Shown here piece after piece: positions 26,820 to 36,887 of a stretch of DNA of 64,000 bases. This DNA is from an uncultured Methanoregula sp. Its GTDB lineage: Archaea > Halobacteriota > Methanomicrobia > Methanomicrobiales > Methanospirillaceae. The DNA is taken from assembly GCA_964409915.1 (NCBI GenBank), contig CAYPEQ010000007.1:3386-67385 (forward strand), read 5' to 3'. Positions within the stretch are counted from its first letter, which is position 1. Each line of letters begins with the position of its first letter. The translations under genes and the position numbers were made by a program. The notes beneath the pieces are model-generated. The model was not told the DNA's origin, did not search any database, and was given only the letters and a program-made list of their open reading frames with translations.

Positions 26820-27521
26820 TTGCCGGACGAGGAAACATTTCCCTGCCAGATTTGCGGGAAACAGAAGAAAATTTCTGACCTTGTACCTGCAGGCTTGATT
26901 CCTGCATCAATCGTTGATGTCATGGTAAAGGAACATCCGAAATGGTCACCGGAAGGATATATTTGTCAGGATGATCTCAACCGGCTCCGGATACAGTATG
27001 TACGGGATGTCGCAAAAAATGAAAGAGATGAGTATGCATCACTCGAAGGAACCGTCGATAAAGACATAAAGGTTGAGGATCATCTCCCGAAAAATGACTA
27101 TATCGCATATAATGAGGAAATGACCTTTGGCGAACATGTTGCCGACTCCCTTGCGGGTTTTGCCGGGAGCTGGACATTTATCGGTATTTTTACCGGCGTA
27201 TTTTTCTTTTGGGTCATCCTGAACACCTATATTTTACTATCCCGCCCTTTCGATCCCTATCCATATATCCTGCTTAACCTTGCCCTCTCTGCAGTTGCTG
27301 CGATTCAGGCTCCCGTCATTATCATGAGCCAGAACCGGCAGGAGAAGAGAGATCGTCTCCATGCCGATCGCGATTTCCAGGTAAGCATCCATACTGATTC
27401 CGAAATTCACCGGCTCCATAAAAAAATGGATTTTCTTCTGACGAATCAGGGACATAAACTCCTGGAAATTCAGGATATCGAAATTGAGATGATTGAAGAA
27501 CTTATTCGCAAAACGTCCTGA
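26820..27521 (+). CDS. DUF1003-family membrane protein with N-terminal zinc-ribbon-like CxxC
   Basis: The block FDPYPYILLNLALSAVAAIQAPVIIMSQNRQEKRDR is the hallmark of DUF1003. The start is TTG, 2 nt after the stop of 26320-26817. Confidence 0.75.
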   Translation: MPDEETFPCQICGKQKKISDLVPAGLIPASIVDVMVKEHPKWSPEGYICQDDLNRLRIQYVRDVAKNERDEYASLEGTVDKDIKVEDHLPKNDYIAYNEEMTFGEHVADSLAGFAGSWTFIGIFTGVFFFWVILNTYILLSRPFDPYPYILLNLALSAVAAIQAPVIIMSQNRQEKRDRLHADRDFQVSIHTDSEIHRLHKKMDFLLTNQGHKLLEIQDIEIEMIEELIRKTS

Positions 27522-27726
27522 AAATGGGGCAATCTCTCTTTTTTCATTTTAAGGAAAAATAGGGGAATTCTCAATTTTCACGTCAAAGAAATATTCAGCA
27601 GTTGTTCCCGAAGTCCCGTGATCCTACCAGAACCGATCCGTACGGTTTTCCGATTGTGCCGGGACCAAGGAAATTCTTGTTTTCCTCCGGAAAAACAGAT
27701 TTTCTCAGGATCTGTCAAAAACCGCA

Positions 27727-28470
27727 TTACTTCCCGAATATCTCGACGGCGACACTGTCGCTCGGCGGAGCATTGCCATTACCGAATCCGGGGTTTGCAA
27801 GGATCTGTATAGAGTCACCAGGGACGTCATATATCTTGGTTACCGTGTAACCGGGTGCCACGGTAAAGGTATCCAGGGTATACGCAAAAGGCTGACCTCC
27901 CGAAGGCTCCTCCAGGGAAATATAAGCGTTGCTTGAGTACGGACCCGGATTGTTATAGACAAACACCCTGATTTCGGTGTATTGACTGACATCAACGGTG
28001 CCCAGACTCGTTTCCTGGGCGAAGTTCTGGAGTTTGCACGACCATATAGCTGACGAACCCGTGGCACCGGCAGGGACGGAACTGGTCCCGATGGCATACT
28101 GAGGCGTTAGGGTAGACGGGGACAGTGTAGTAGCAACCGCTGGCTGGCTGGTATGGCCCGGAATGAGATCCAGCACAGCATTGACGATGGTGCCGGGCAC
28201 ATCCTGTAACTGTACGGCATTCTGGCTCGTCGTGGTGGGTATGACACCTGATTCTTTCAGGTCAAGCGTAATTCCCTGCGAGGTCGGGGTGCTGTCTGGA
28301 TCACTTACGGTTACATTGTTCACGAGTCGTACCGCGGATTCGTGTACTACCAGGTTTGCGGCACTTGCGGTTCCTGCAATGCAGATTGCAAGGATCATCA
28401 TTATGAGTAGTTTTTGCGTACGTGAAAACCGATTCGCTCTTATTATGCTCTCACTGGTTGGTTTAATCAT
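27727..28470 (-). CDS. Secreted protein, function unknown
   Basis: The signal/anchor is TQKLLIMMILAICIAGTASA. The mature part is Thr/Ser/Val-rich. I recognise no family. Confidence 0.5.
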   Translation of the reverse strand: MIKPTSESIIRANRFSRTQKLLIMMILAICIAGTASAANLVVHESAVRLVNNVTVSDPDSTPTSQGITLDLKESGVIPTTTSQNAVQLQDVPGTIVNAVLDLIPGHTSQPAVATTLSPSTLTPQYAIGTSSVPAGATGSSAIWSCKLQNFAQETSLGTVDVSQYTEIRVFVYNNPGPYSSNAYISLEEPSGGQPFAYTLDTFTVAPGYTVTKIYDVPGDSIQILANPGFGNGNAPPSDSVAVEIFGK

Positions 28471-28683
28471 GTTTTCTTAACCCCAAAATCCCGATCTCCG
28501 GCGCATTCCTTCGTTAAAAAAATCCTGTTTTTGACTTCTTTTTCGGATTAAAGGACAGCGTATGCTCTGGCATCGGGAATTATGCTAATGCTCTTTTTTT
28601 TGGACTTATGTCTTCCGAAATTATTCTCGCATTGGTGATAAATGAAGTTCAGGCAAACATGATTGAACGCACAAGGACAGTGA

Positions 28684-29223
28684 CTATTCCTCCCGGGAAC
28701 TCTCCGACAGATCCTCTATTATTATCTCCACCTCCTCAAACTCTCCAAACGAAATCCCATCCGCACCATTCTCCAGTTCTCCGATGAAAGCGTTGAGCCG
28801 GTGCACCGGGACTAGGGGAACGCCTTCGAAAATCCGGATCTCCTCTTCAATGAGCGTGACGATGACAGGAACAGCATTCTCATTTGTTATATTTTCGTAA
28901 AACAGCGTCCGCTCCCGGTGCTGGATGACAGCTTTCTTGAGCGCGGACAAGCGGTAGCGGCTGCCCGACCATTGCTTGCATTCCACGAGAAGGGTTTTGC
29001 CGTTCTTCCGGGCAATGACATCGTACTGCCTCCGGTGCCGGTTCCGGGTCTTTACCGTCCCGACGGTTGTTGCAAACCCGTTTTTCTCGAAGATGAAGGC
29101 CGCGAGCTTCTCGAAACTCTGCCAGCCAGACCCTTCGGCCACTGCATCGAGACCGGCGGTACTCCTGATCGTTTCGAAGTCTGCGGTGATGACCCGGGCC
29201 GGGTCCTGAACCTTTTTCGCCAT
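28684..29223 (-). CDS. Small PD-(D/E)xK nuclease, Mrr-catalytic-domain-like restriction endonuclease family
   Basis: FEKLAAFIFEKNGFAT..QYDVIARKNGKTLLVECKQW gives the D...(E)xK core. The tail is acidic. AGGAG lies 9 nt before the ATG, and a TTTATTTT element lies about 60 nt upstream. Confidence 0.65.
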   Translation of the reverse strand: MAKKVQDPARVITADFETIRSTAGLDAVAEGSGWQSFEKLAAFIFEKNGFATTVGTVKTRNRHRRQYDVIARKNGKTLLVECKQWSGSRYRLSALKKAVIQHRERTLFYENITNENAVPVIVTLIEEEIRIFEGVPLVPVHRLNAFIGELENGADGISFGEFEEVEIIIEDLSESSREE

Positions 29224-29852
29224 GGAAAACGCTCCTGAAAGCTCATGTCTCCGAACGGCGGTGCATAAACATGTGGTGAGGAGTGCGAAAATAAAGTGGT
29301 CGTAAAAAAAGTGGGGGATCCGGGCGGGCTCTTGTCAGGTCTGATGTTACAGACCGCGATGCCCGGTAACGGGCATGAATGTGGGTTTGGGGTTACGGTA
29401 CCGGCCATGCGGTCTTCCCCGGGGATAATTTCGGCGTCGAAGCCGGAAGAGACGAAGAGTTTTCCCATGCTTGCAAGCCGGTCTACTTCGGGGTCGGTGA
29501 AGACGGCTTTGGTCATGACCCGCGGCTCTCCGGGGCCTTTGTCAATGACCTTTGTATCTACATGGTGCCCGACAATTTTGTACCCTAACCGGGCAGCCTC
29601 CGCACGTGCATCATGGGCGAACCTGGCATGGTCTACGTGCTGGACGGGGACGCCTTCCGGCACGAAGACGGCAAGAGCGTTGTCCCACGCTTTTTCTGTA
29701 CCGGCGAAATTGTCAATGGAGTACTTCAGTTTCCCGGACGGGGTACCGGTGGAGGGAAGGTACGTGTCGAGACGCTGGAGCCTGACATCATGAGAAGAGT
29801 GGGAGAACCCACCTTCGTTGTCTACCGGGGCGAGTTTTTGAAAATCGGCCAT
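29052..29852 (-). CDS. Hypothetical protein; the 3' third is likely non-coding read-through (possibly a decayed gene)
   Basis: The first ~155 aa look protein-like (..VFVPEGVPVQHVDH..GKLFVSSGFDAEI..). The last ~100 aa are Pro/Ser/Arg-rich, run through a hairpin + T7 terminator-like signal, and overlap the next same-strand CDS by 172 nt in another frame. Confidence 0.4.
   Translation of the reverse strand: MADFQKLAPVDNEGGFSHSSHDVRLQRLDTYLPSTGTPSGKLKYSIDNFAGTEKAWDNALAVFVPEGVPVQHVDHARFAHDARAEAARLGYKIVGHHVDTKVIDKGPGEPRVMTKAVFTDPEVDRLASMGKLFVSSGFDAEIIPGEDRMAGTVTPNPHSCPLPGIAVCNIRPDKSPPGSPTFFTTTLFSHSSPHVYAPPFGDMSFQERFPWRKRFRTRPGSSPQTSKRSGVPPVSMQWPKGLAGRVSRSSRPSSSRKTGLQQPSGR
29304..29355 (-). terminator. 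Hairpin GGTCTG-N6-CAGACC followed by a T7 tract (read on the minus strand)
   Basis: On the plus strand the hairpin ggtctgatgttacagacc is at 29338-29355 and the A7 run is at 29304-10. The element lies inside the tail of ORF 29052-29852 and upstream of the nuclease gene promoter region. Confidence 0.4.
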
Positions 29853-29937
29853 TGAATATATTGGTGTTTTACGGGGTTATATCTGAGTATGAATTCGGCA
29901 AAATCACAAGGAAAAGAGATAGATTGAGAAAAAAAGA

Positions 29938-32655
29938 TTAGTTCCCATTCTTTCGGAACAGGAATATTGCGCCGCACAGGCCGATTGCACCGAGGATGGG
30001 CACGGCATCGAGGCCGGTCTTTGGTGTATTAGTTGGAACTGGCGGGATTGTAGTAGATACTGGAGCAGGCTGGTTAACCGTTGGCGGTTGTGTTGGCATT
30101 ACCGTCGGATGACCTACCGTAGGCATCTGGGTTGGACTTCCTGCGGCCGGGGTGGTACTGGGGCCGGTATACCCGGAGGAGGTTCCGGTGTTGCCGGTAT
30201 TTTCCCAATAGACAGTGCCGGCACTGTGTGAGTGGGATGTGGGGGCAGAACCGGTGATACTGATCGTCACAGGGGCAGGATAGCCATCAACGGTTGCGTC
30301 GACCGTTGCTGTCCCGGTTCCCGTGGGAGTAAATGTGGTCTGCGACACACCGGAGGCGGTCAATGTTTGTGAGGGATTGACCCCGCCTAGCCCGGAAATC
30401 ACACTAAAAGATACGGGGATGCCATCCGGGACGACACTCCCGGGTAGATAGGTATTGTCCCCGTTGGAATCGTAGATAAGGCTTGCCTGGACCGTGGAGG
30501 TCTGGAGGGGATAGTAGGTGATGGCTGCCGGTGTGGCGGTGACATTCAGTACCAGCCACGGATTATACAAAACGCCGTTGCTTACAAAGCTGGAGACGTT
30601 GCTGTTCGTGCCCCACCAGTTGTCCGTGGCAATCATCGCCGGATATTCGCCGGAAAATGCGGTGCCGGTGTTTTGCGGATTCTGGGAGCCCGCCGGGGCA
30701 GCTGGAAATATCCCCTGGACCACTGCTAAGGTTGTGTTATCGTTGACCAACCGGGAGAACTGGATGTTACCACCTTGGGCAAAGACAGCGCCGCCTAAAC
30801 TCCCGGCCCCTCCAGCCGAGCAATCAATAATGGTCGTTTGGTTCAATACTGCCGTACCCCGGGAAAAGATAGCCCCACCGTCACTATCTGCTCCTATTAC
30901 CGAGCAGTTGGTAATGGTCGTTTGGTTCACCACTGCTTCATTATCTGAATATATGGCACCGCCTAGACCATAGCCATCCCCTGCCGCGCAATTGGTGAAT
31001 GTGGATGAAGTTACTGACAGTATACCGCCCACCGATCCTTCATGACGCGCGTCTATTGCACCGCCATAGGCATCCCAATTCAAATCTGTGCAGGAGGTAA
31101 ACGTGGACGAACTCACCGTAAGGTCACCGTTCTGAACGTAAACGGCGCCACCGTCCCAACCGCCCGTGCAGTTGGTGAATACAGAATTGGTCACCGTTGC
31201 GTAAGCTGCCGGGATTATCGATCCAGGAGAGGGAGCTGTCTCTCCTTGAGTGGTGAGTACGAAAATAGCGCCACCCCAGCCATCGGGACTTGCTATTCCG
31301 CAGTTGGTGAAGGTGGACCCGGAAACGTTCACGCCATATGTAGAATAAATTGCTCCGCCGGCGTTGTTGGTGTATTCTTCTTCTCCGGCATATGATGGGC
31401 AGCTGCAGCCGGAGAACGTGGACGAAGTTGCTGTTACGCTCCCCCCAGAGAAAATACCCCCGCCGTTAGCGCTGGTGCCGGTAGCTAAGCAGTTGGTGAT
31501 CGTGGACCCCGTTATGTTTACATTTCCACCTGCGTAAATTGCGCCGCCATCGGTTACAGCTGTGCAAGCGGTAATGGTCGATGAGGTCAGCGTGGTCACA
31601 CCTGCCGAATGTATTGCGCCACCATTACTCCCGGCGGTACAGTTGGAAATCTGGGATGACTGAACAGTTACTGTTTGTGCCGAAATGGCACCCCCCCAGT
31701 TGGTAGTTGTGTTGCAGGAGACTATCGAGGAATTGGTCAACAATACCGAACTCCACGAGGAAAGAGCACCACCATAACCTCCTGCCGCGCAGTTGGAGAT
31801 AGTAGATGAACTCACGTTTATCGCTTGTGCCGAAATGGCACCTCCAATACCGTCCGCTCCATTTGCATAGCAGTTAGTGATCGTGGACCCGGTTACGGTT
31901 ACCGTCCCGCCTCCCTGGGGTCCGTTAATAGCACCGCCTCCTCCATACCCACTGGTATCGGATGCAGTGCAGTTGGTAATCGTGGACCCGGTCACGGTTA
32001 CTGGGCCTGATGAATAGATTGCACCGCCTTTCAAAATTGTTACCACGCAATTGGTGAAGGATGAGGATGTGATATTAACCGTGCTGCCGGTCCAGGCAAA
32101 GATCGCTCCGCCGCCTTCGGAGGTTGTTTTTGATGTGCATTTGGTAAATGAAGATGAGGTAATGGTGAGAGTGTAAGCGGCACTATGGAGAGGATTAAAC
32201 CAGATAGATCCACCATCACCCGTACCCGAGGTACAATTGTAGAACTGGCAACCAGTGATGGTGAGGGGGCCGCTCGCTGCAATTGCGCCACCCCCACCAT
32301 TTTCTGAATTCATATTCTGTAGGGCCAGATTGCTGAGGGTGAGGGATGAGGAATCCGTTATATAGATAAACCTGTAACTGGACTGCCCATCGATGATCGT
32401 GTCCGACGGGCCATGACCAGCTGCCGCCGTGATGGTGATATTCTTACCACTTGACAAGATCACGGAAGACACAAAATACGTTCCCGGCTCAAGAACGAGG
32501 GTATCACCATCATGCATCGCGGAAATATTTGTCGCGAGCGCATTCAGGGAACTGTTATCGATGGTGATTATCGCCGCGGGTGTGGGTGCCACAACAATAA
32601 CCAGCGCTAAAATCAACAGCGATGCAAGAACCAGACTATACCGTTTTAAACCCAT
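29938..32655 (-). CDS. Large surface protein: about 17 parallel-beta-helix (polymorphic-membrane-protein-like) repeats, Thr/Pro linker, C-terminal TM anchor
   Basis: ATG 32655 gives MGLKRYSLVLASLLILALVIVVA. The repeated unit is S(S/T)(F/I)TNC....GGAI(Y/F/S). The tail is PTVNQPAPVSTTIPPVPTNTPKTGLDAVPILGAIGLCGAIFLFRKNGN. Confidence 0.75.
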   Translation of the reverse strand: MGLKRYSLVLASLLILALVIVVAPTPAAIITIDNSSLNALATNISAMHDGDTLVLEPGTYFVSSVILSSGKNITITAAAGHGPSDTIIDGQSSYRFIYITDSSSLTLSNLALQNMNSENGGGGAIAASGPLTITGCQFYNCTSGTGDGGSIWFNPLHSAAYTLTITSSSFTKCTSKTTSEGGGAIFAWTGSTVNITSSSFTNCVVTILKGGAIYSSGPVTVTGSTITNCTASDTSGYGGGGAINGPQGGGTVTVTGSTITNCYANGADGIGGAISAQAINVSSSTISNCAAGGYGGALSSWSSVLLTNSSIVSCNTTTNWGGAISAQTVTVQSSQISNCTAGSNGGAIHSAGVTTLTSSTITACTAVTDGGAIYAGGNVNITGSTITNCLATGTSANGGGIFSGGSVTATSSTFSGCSCPSYAGEEEYTNNAGGAIYSTYGVNVSGSTFTNCGIASPDGWGGAIFVLTTQGETAPSPGSIIPAAYATVTNSVFTNCTGGWDGGAVYVQNGDLTVSSSTFTSCTDLNWDAYGGAIDARHEGSVGGILSVTSSTFTNCAAGDGYGLGGAIYSDNEAVVNQTTITNCSVIGADSDGGAIFSRGTAVLNQTTIIDCSAGGAGSLGGAVFAQGGNIQFSRLVNDNTTLAVVQGIFPAAPAGSQNPQNTGTAFSGEYPAMIATDNWWGTNSNVSSFVSNGVLYNPWLVLNVTATPAAITYYPLQTSTVQASLIYDSNGDNTYLPGSVVPDGIPVSFSVISGLGGVNPSQTLTASGVSQTTFTPTGTGTATVDATVDGYPAPVTISITGSAPTSHSHSAGTVYWENTGNTGTSSGYTGPSTTPAAGSPTQMPTVGHPTVMPTQPPTVNQPAPVSTTIPPVPTNTPKTGLDAVPILGAIGLCGAIFLFRKNGN

Positions 32656-33023
32656 CTTAGCCACCAACTCCATCAAATGAACAAACAACCCGGAGTTACA
32701 AGTATTTTGACAAAATTGAGAGATTCCCAATTTCAAATAAACCTGTACATCTTAGTTACCATACATTCTATAGGACAATATAAAGAGATTACGATATAAA
32801 GTGACGTTGCATTAACGGAACTTTATAAAAATGATACAGTCGTTAGACAGTATTGTTAACCCCTTAAAAATCCCGACAACGCAACAGAAGGCTCTGTTAA
32901 GTCTTCGAATGATAGCATTAAGCCTACATCGAGGAAAATATGTCCCCACCCGCAAGACGCATCAAGTTCCTCCAAAGATACCTTTAAACGCCTCTTGTAC
33001 ACACATCATCGAAGTGAGAAATC

Positions 33024-33584
33024 ATGGACAAAATCACGCTCGGCCCAATGCCGTATATGAGTATCATGCCCGCCGTGCTTGTGGGCGCGAATGTTAAGGG
33101 AAAAGCAAACTATATGACGGCTGGGGCAGCGACGATAGCCTGCATGGCTCCGCCGATGGTCTGTCTTGCGCTCAACAAGGCCCGGTACACGGTTAAGGGA
33201 ATTGAGGAGAACAAGACTTTCAGTCTGAATATACCGTCAGCCAGACTGGCAGTCGAGACCGACCACTGCGGTCTCGTCTCCGGGGCACAGGAGGACAAAT
33301 CCGGGGTCTTCACATCATTCTACGGTACGCTGAAGACTGCTCCCATGGCTGAGGAGTGCCCGGTCAATATCGAATGCAAATTCTTCAAAGCCGTTGACTG
33401 CGGGAGCCACCTGCTTCATATCGGGGAAGTTGTCGAGGTCTACGCTGACAAGGGTTGCATAACTGACGGAAAACCGGATGTCACGAAGATCAACCCAATC
33501 TTACTAACCCAAGGCGCCTATTTCGCTATCGGAAAACAGGTCGAAAAGGCGTTCTCGGCCGGAAAGAAATACCGGAAAAAGTAA
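33024..33584 (+). CDS. Flavin reductase-like (FMN-binding split-barrel) protein
   Basis: PAVLVGANVKGKANYMTAG, FSLNIPS, HCGLVSGAQEDK and SHLLHIGEVVEVY match the Flavin_Reduct layout. Confidence 0.7.
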   Translation: MDKITLGPMPYMSIMPAVLVGANVKGKANYMTAGAATIACMAPPMVCLALNKARYTVKGIEENKTFSLNIPSARLAVETDHCGLVSGAQEDKSGVFTSFYGTLKTAPMAEECPVNIECKFFKAVDCGSHLLHIGEVVEVYADKGCITDGKPDVTKINPILLTQGAYFAIGKQVEKAFSAGKKYRKK

Positions 33585-33705
33585 GATCGGGATTTTTCCC
33601 GGATGCTGCCGCAACATTGATGACCCCCTGGACAATAATCAACGTTTATTATGTGTGGCCGGTACTCGCTCGCCTGTATTGATGCCCTCTGCGGAAGATT
33701 CCGAC

Positions 33706-33975
33706 TCATATCGGCCTTCATTAATGCGGGATTTCCTATGGATAATGCGGGTACTTATTACCTCTGGATATGTGATCGGGCTGGTCATAACCCTTTTTAG
33801 TGAGGCAAGAAATGCAGGGTACTTTACACGGTTTCCATTATCAAATTCGTGATTCCGACAATCATCACGGCCTTCATTAATGCAGGATTTTTTATGGATA
33901 ATGCGGGGTAATTAGTACCGCTCAATGCATGACCGGATTATTGCCCTTTTTAGGGTGTCGGAAAAGTCGGGATAT
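33706..33975 (+). repeat. Two copies of a ~100-nt imperfect direct repeat in the uvrA upstream intergenic region
   Basis: The copies start at about 33706 and 33862 (156 nt apart). The first ~52 nt are about 88 percent identical (cggccttcattaatgcRggattt..tatggataatgcggg). Both end in ..ccctttttag.. and each contains AATGCGGG/AATGCAGG twice. Confidence 0.8.
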
Positions 33976-34073
33976 AAAATATCCAACACCTTCTGGCAGC
34001 CATTGACAAATCCCCTGCACTGTCATCTTAATCATTCTTTTAACCACTGGCATCCTTTGGTACCTCACATCAC

Positions 34074-36887
34074 ATGAAAAATATCATCATTAAAGGTGCC
34101 CGCCAGCACAACCTGAAAAATATCAATGTGGAGATCCCCCGGGACAAGCTTGTCGTCATCACCGGTGTCTCCGGCTCCGGCAAATCCACATTAGCCTTTG
34201 ACACCCTCTATGCCGAAGGCCAGAGAAGATACGTCGAATCACTTTCCACCTACGCCCGCCAGTTCCTGGGCCTCATGCACAAACCCGACGTGGACAGCAT
34301 CGAAGGACTCTCGCCCGCCATCTCCATAGAGCAGAAGACCACCTCCAAAAATCCACGGTCAACTGTAGGAACCACCACCGAAATCTACGATTACCTCAGG
34401 CTCCTTTTTGCGAGAATCGGTATTCCCTACTGCCCTGAACATAACATCCCCATCGCGGCCCAGACCCCGGAAAAAATCGCAGACCAGATAGCGGCCGAGT
34501 ACTCCGGCATGGTCACCATACTCGCACCAATCGTAAGGCAGAAGAAAGGGACCTACCAGCAACTCCTCAAAGACCTCAACAAAGAGGGATATGCCCGGGT
34601 CCGGGTCAATAAAAACATCATCCGGACCGATGAAGAAATCGCCCTTGACCGGTACAAGAAGCAGGATATCGAGATCGTCATCGACCGGTTAGAAACAACA
34701 GATCGTTCGCGGCTTGCAGAAGCAGTAGAAAACACCCTCAAAAAGTCCGAGGGTCTCGTACTCGTTGCCGATGAATCAGGCAAAGAATCAACCTACTCCT
34801 CCCTGTTAGCATGCCCCATCTGCGGCCTCGCGTTCGAAGAGCTCCAGCCGCGGATGTTCTCGTTCAACAGCCCGTTTGGCGCCTGCGAAGAGTGTCACGG
34901 GCTCGGCGTCAAGATGGAATTCGACGCCGATCTCATCATCCCGGATAAAGACCGGTGTATCGCAGACGGTGCTGTTGCCCCCTACCGGAACCCCATGGAC
35001 GGTTTCCGGGGCCAGTACCTCGCAACCGTTGCAAAACACTACGGTTTCTCGGCCCTCACGCCCATAAAAGACCTCACCGAAGAGCAGTACAACGCGCTCA
35101 TGTTCGGCTCGAACGAAAAGATGCACTTCGAGATGAGCATGAAAAACGGGGAGGCCCAGTGGTCGCATAACGGCGAATGGGAGGGTCTTCTCCCCCAGAC
35201 CGCCCGACTTTATTCCCAGACCCAGTCAGAATGGCGGAAACGGGAGCTGGAGAATTATATGCGGGTCTTTCCCTGCCCGGCCTGCAAGGGAAAACGGCTC
35301 AAGGATAAAGTGCTCGCCGTCCGGATCAAGGATAAATCGATCATCGATGTCACGGATCTTTCGATCACCAACGGCTTGGCATTCTTTTCCGGTCTCCAAC
35401 TCACCGAAAAAGAGCAGGAGATCGCCCGGCAGATCATAAAAGAGATCAATTCCCGGCTGTTGTTCCTGGAAAAGGTCGGTCTTGGCTACATCACGCTCTC
35501 ACGAAACGCCGGTACCCTCTCCGGGGGCGAGATTCAAAGGATCCGGCTTGCCACCCAGATCGGATCAAACCTCATGGGCGTCCTGTACGTCCTCGATGAA
35601 CCCTCCATCGGGCTGCACCAGCGCGACAACAAAAAACTCATCGGAACGTTACGAACCCTCCGTGACATAGGAAACACGCTCATTGTTGTGGAACATGACG
35701 AGGACATGATCCGCAGTGCAGACCATGTCATTGACATCGGGCCGGGTGCCGGGCTCCATGGTGGCGAGATCATAGCCGAAGGCACACCGCAGCAGATAGA
35801 AAAGAACAAAAAATCCCTCACCGGGCAGTACCTTGCCGGGAAAAAACGGATCGAGGTACCCACGAGTCGTCGCAAAGCAACGAAGTATATCACGGTCAAA
35901 GGCTGCACGGAAAACAATCTCAAAAACATCAACGTTAAAATCCCCATCGGCCTTTTTTCCGTCGTCACCGGCGTTTCCGGGTCCGGCAAATCCACGCTGG
36001 TCTACGACACCCTGTACAAGGGTATGATGCAGAAGCTGTACGGTTCCCGGGAACAGGCAGGTGCCCACAAAGCGATCACCTTCGATTCTGAGATCGACAA
36101 GGTCATCGTCATCGACCAGAGCCCCATCGGCCGGACACCACGGTCGAACCCGGCAACCTATACCAAGCTCTTTGACGAGATCCGGGCGGTCTTTGCGGAA
36201 ACCAAGGACGCAAAGATGCGAGGCTACAAGCCCGGGAGGTTCTCGTTCAATCTCCGGGGCGGCCGGTGCGAGGCCTGCGAAGGAGACGGCCTGATCAAGA
36301 TCGAGATGAATTTCCTGCCCGACGTCTATATCGAATGCGAAGAGTGCAAGGGGAAGCGGTACAACCGGGAGACCCTCGAAGTAAAATACAAAGGTAAGTC
36401 AATTGCCGATGTGCTGGACATGAGCGTCGAGGAAGCGATGGCGCTCTTTGAACACATACCCTCGATCCAGAGCAAACTTGAGATGCTCTCCCGGGTTGGT
36501 TTAGACTATGTCAAACTGGGGCAAAGTGCAACCACGCTTTCAGGAGGCGAGGCACAGCGGATCAAGCTCACCAGGGAACTCGCAAAGAGGGCGACGGGAA
36601 AGACCCTGTACCTGCTCGATGAACCCACAACCGGGCTCCATTTTGACGATACCAAAAAACTCATCAAAGTGCTCGACGACCTCGTAGAGAAAGGCAACAC
36701 CGTCGTCGTAATCGAACACAACCTCGATGTGATCAAATCAGCCGATCACCTCATCGACATCGGTCCGGAGGGCGGGGATGCCGGGGGAGAGATCGTGGCT
36801 ACCGGCACTCCGGAACAGGTGGCAGCGGTACCGGAAAGTTATACCGGGCAGTTCCTGAAGGCGATGCTTGCGAAAAAAGCCTCCTAA
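34074..36887 (+). CDS. uvrA: Excinuclease ABC subunit A
   Basis: 937 aa. The N-terminus is [45 protein letters not shown]. There are two ABC modules with zinc-finger CxxC pairs. Confidence 0.95.
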   Translation: MKNIIIKGARQHNLKNINVEIPRDKLVVITGVSGSGKSTLAFDTLYAEGQRRYVESLSTYARQFLGLMHKPDVDSIEGLSPAISIEQKTTSKNPRSTVGTTTEIYDYLRLLFARIGIPYCPEHNIPIAAQTPEKIADQIAAEYSGMVTILAPIVRQKKGTYQQLLKDLNKEGYARVRVNKNIIRTDEEIALDRYKKQDIEIVIDRLETTDRSRLAEAVENTLKKSEGLVLVADESGKESTYSSLLACPICGLAFEELQPRMFSFNSPFGACEECHGLGVKMEFDADLIIPDKDRCIADGAVAPYRNPMDGFRGQYLATVAKHYGFSALTPIKDLTEEQYNALMFGSNEKMHFEMSMKNGEAQWSHNGEWEGLLPQTARLYSQTQSEWRKRELENYMRVFPCPACKGKRLKDKVLAVRIKDKSIIDVTDLSITNGLAFFSGLQLTEKEQEIARQIIKEINSRLLFLEKVGLGYITLSRNAGTLSGGEIQRIRLATQIGSNLMGVLYVLDEPSIGLHQRDNKKLIGTLRTLRDIGNTLIVVEHDEDMIRSADHVIDIGPGAGLHGGEIIAEGTPQQIEKNKKSLTGQYLAGKKRIEVPTSRRKATKYITVKGCTENNLKNINVKIPIGLFSVVTGVSGSGKSTLVYDTLYKGMMQKLYGSREQAGAHKAITFDSEIDKVIVIDQSPIGRTPRSNPATYTKLFDEIRAVFAETKDAKMRGYKPGRFSFNLRGGRCEACEGDGLIKIEMNFLPDVYIECEECKGKRYNRETLEVKYKGKSIADVLDMSVEEAMALFEHIPSIQSKLEMLSRVGLDYVKLGQSATTLSGGEAQRIKLTRELAKRATGKTLYLLDEPTTGLHFDDTKKLIKVLDDLVEKGNTVVVIEHNLDVIKSADHLIDIGPEGGDAGGEIVATGTPEQVAAVPESYTGQFLKAMLAKKAS

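Noticed and set aside
29938-32655. I considered whether the regular repeats in the beta-helix protein gene, and those at 37330-38256, could be a CRISPR array or satellite.
   Set aside because: The repeats are imperfect, lie in-frame within long ORFs, have variable spacing and encode conserved peptide motifs. No short identical direct repeats with unique spacers exist anywhere in the window.
33655-33852. A 65-aa ORF in the uvrA upstream spacer.
   Set aside because: It spans one copy of the non-coding direct repeat, has no RBS and an odd composition. The repeat structure explains the sequence better than coding does.
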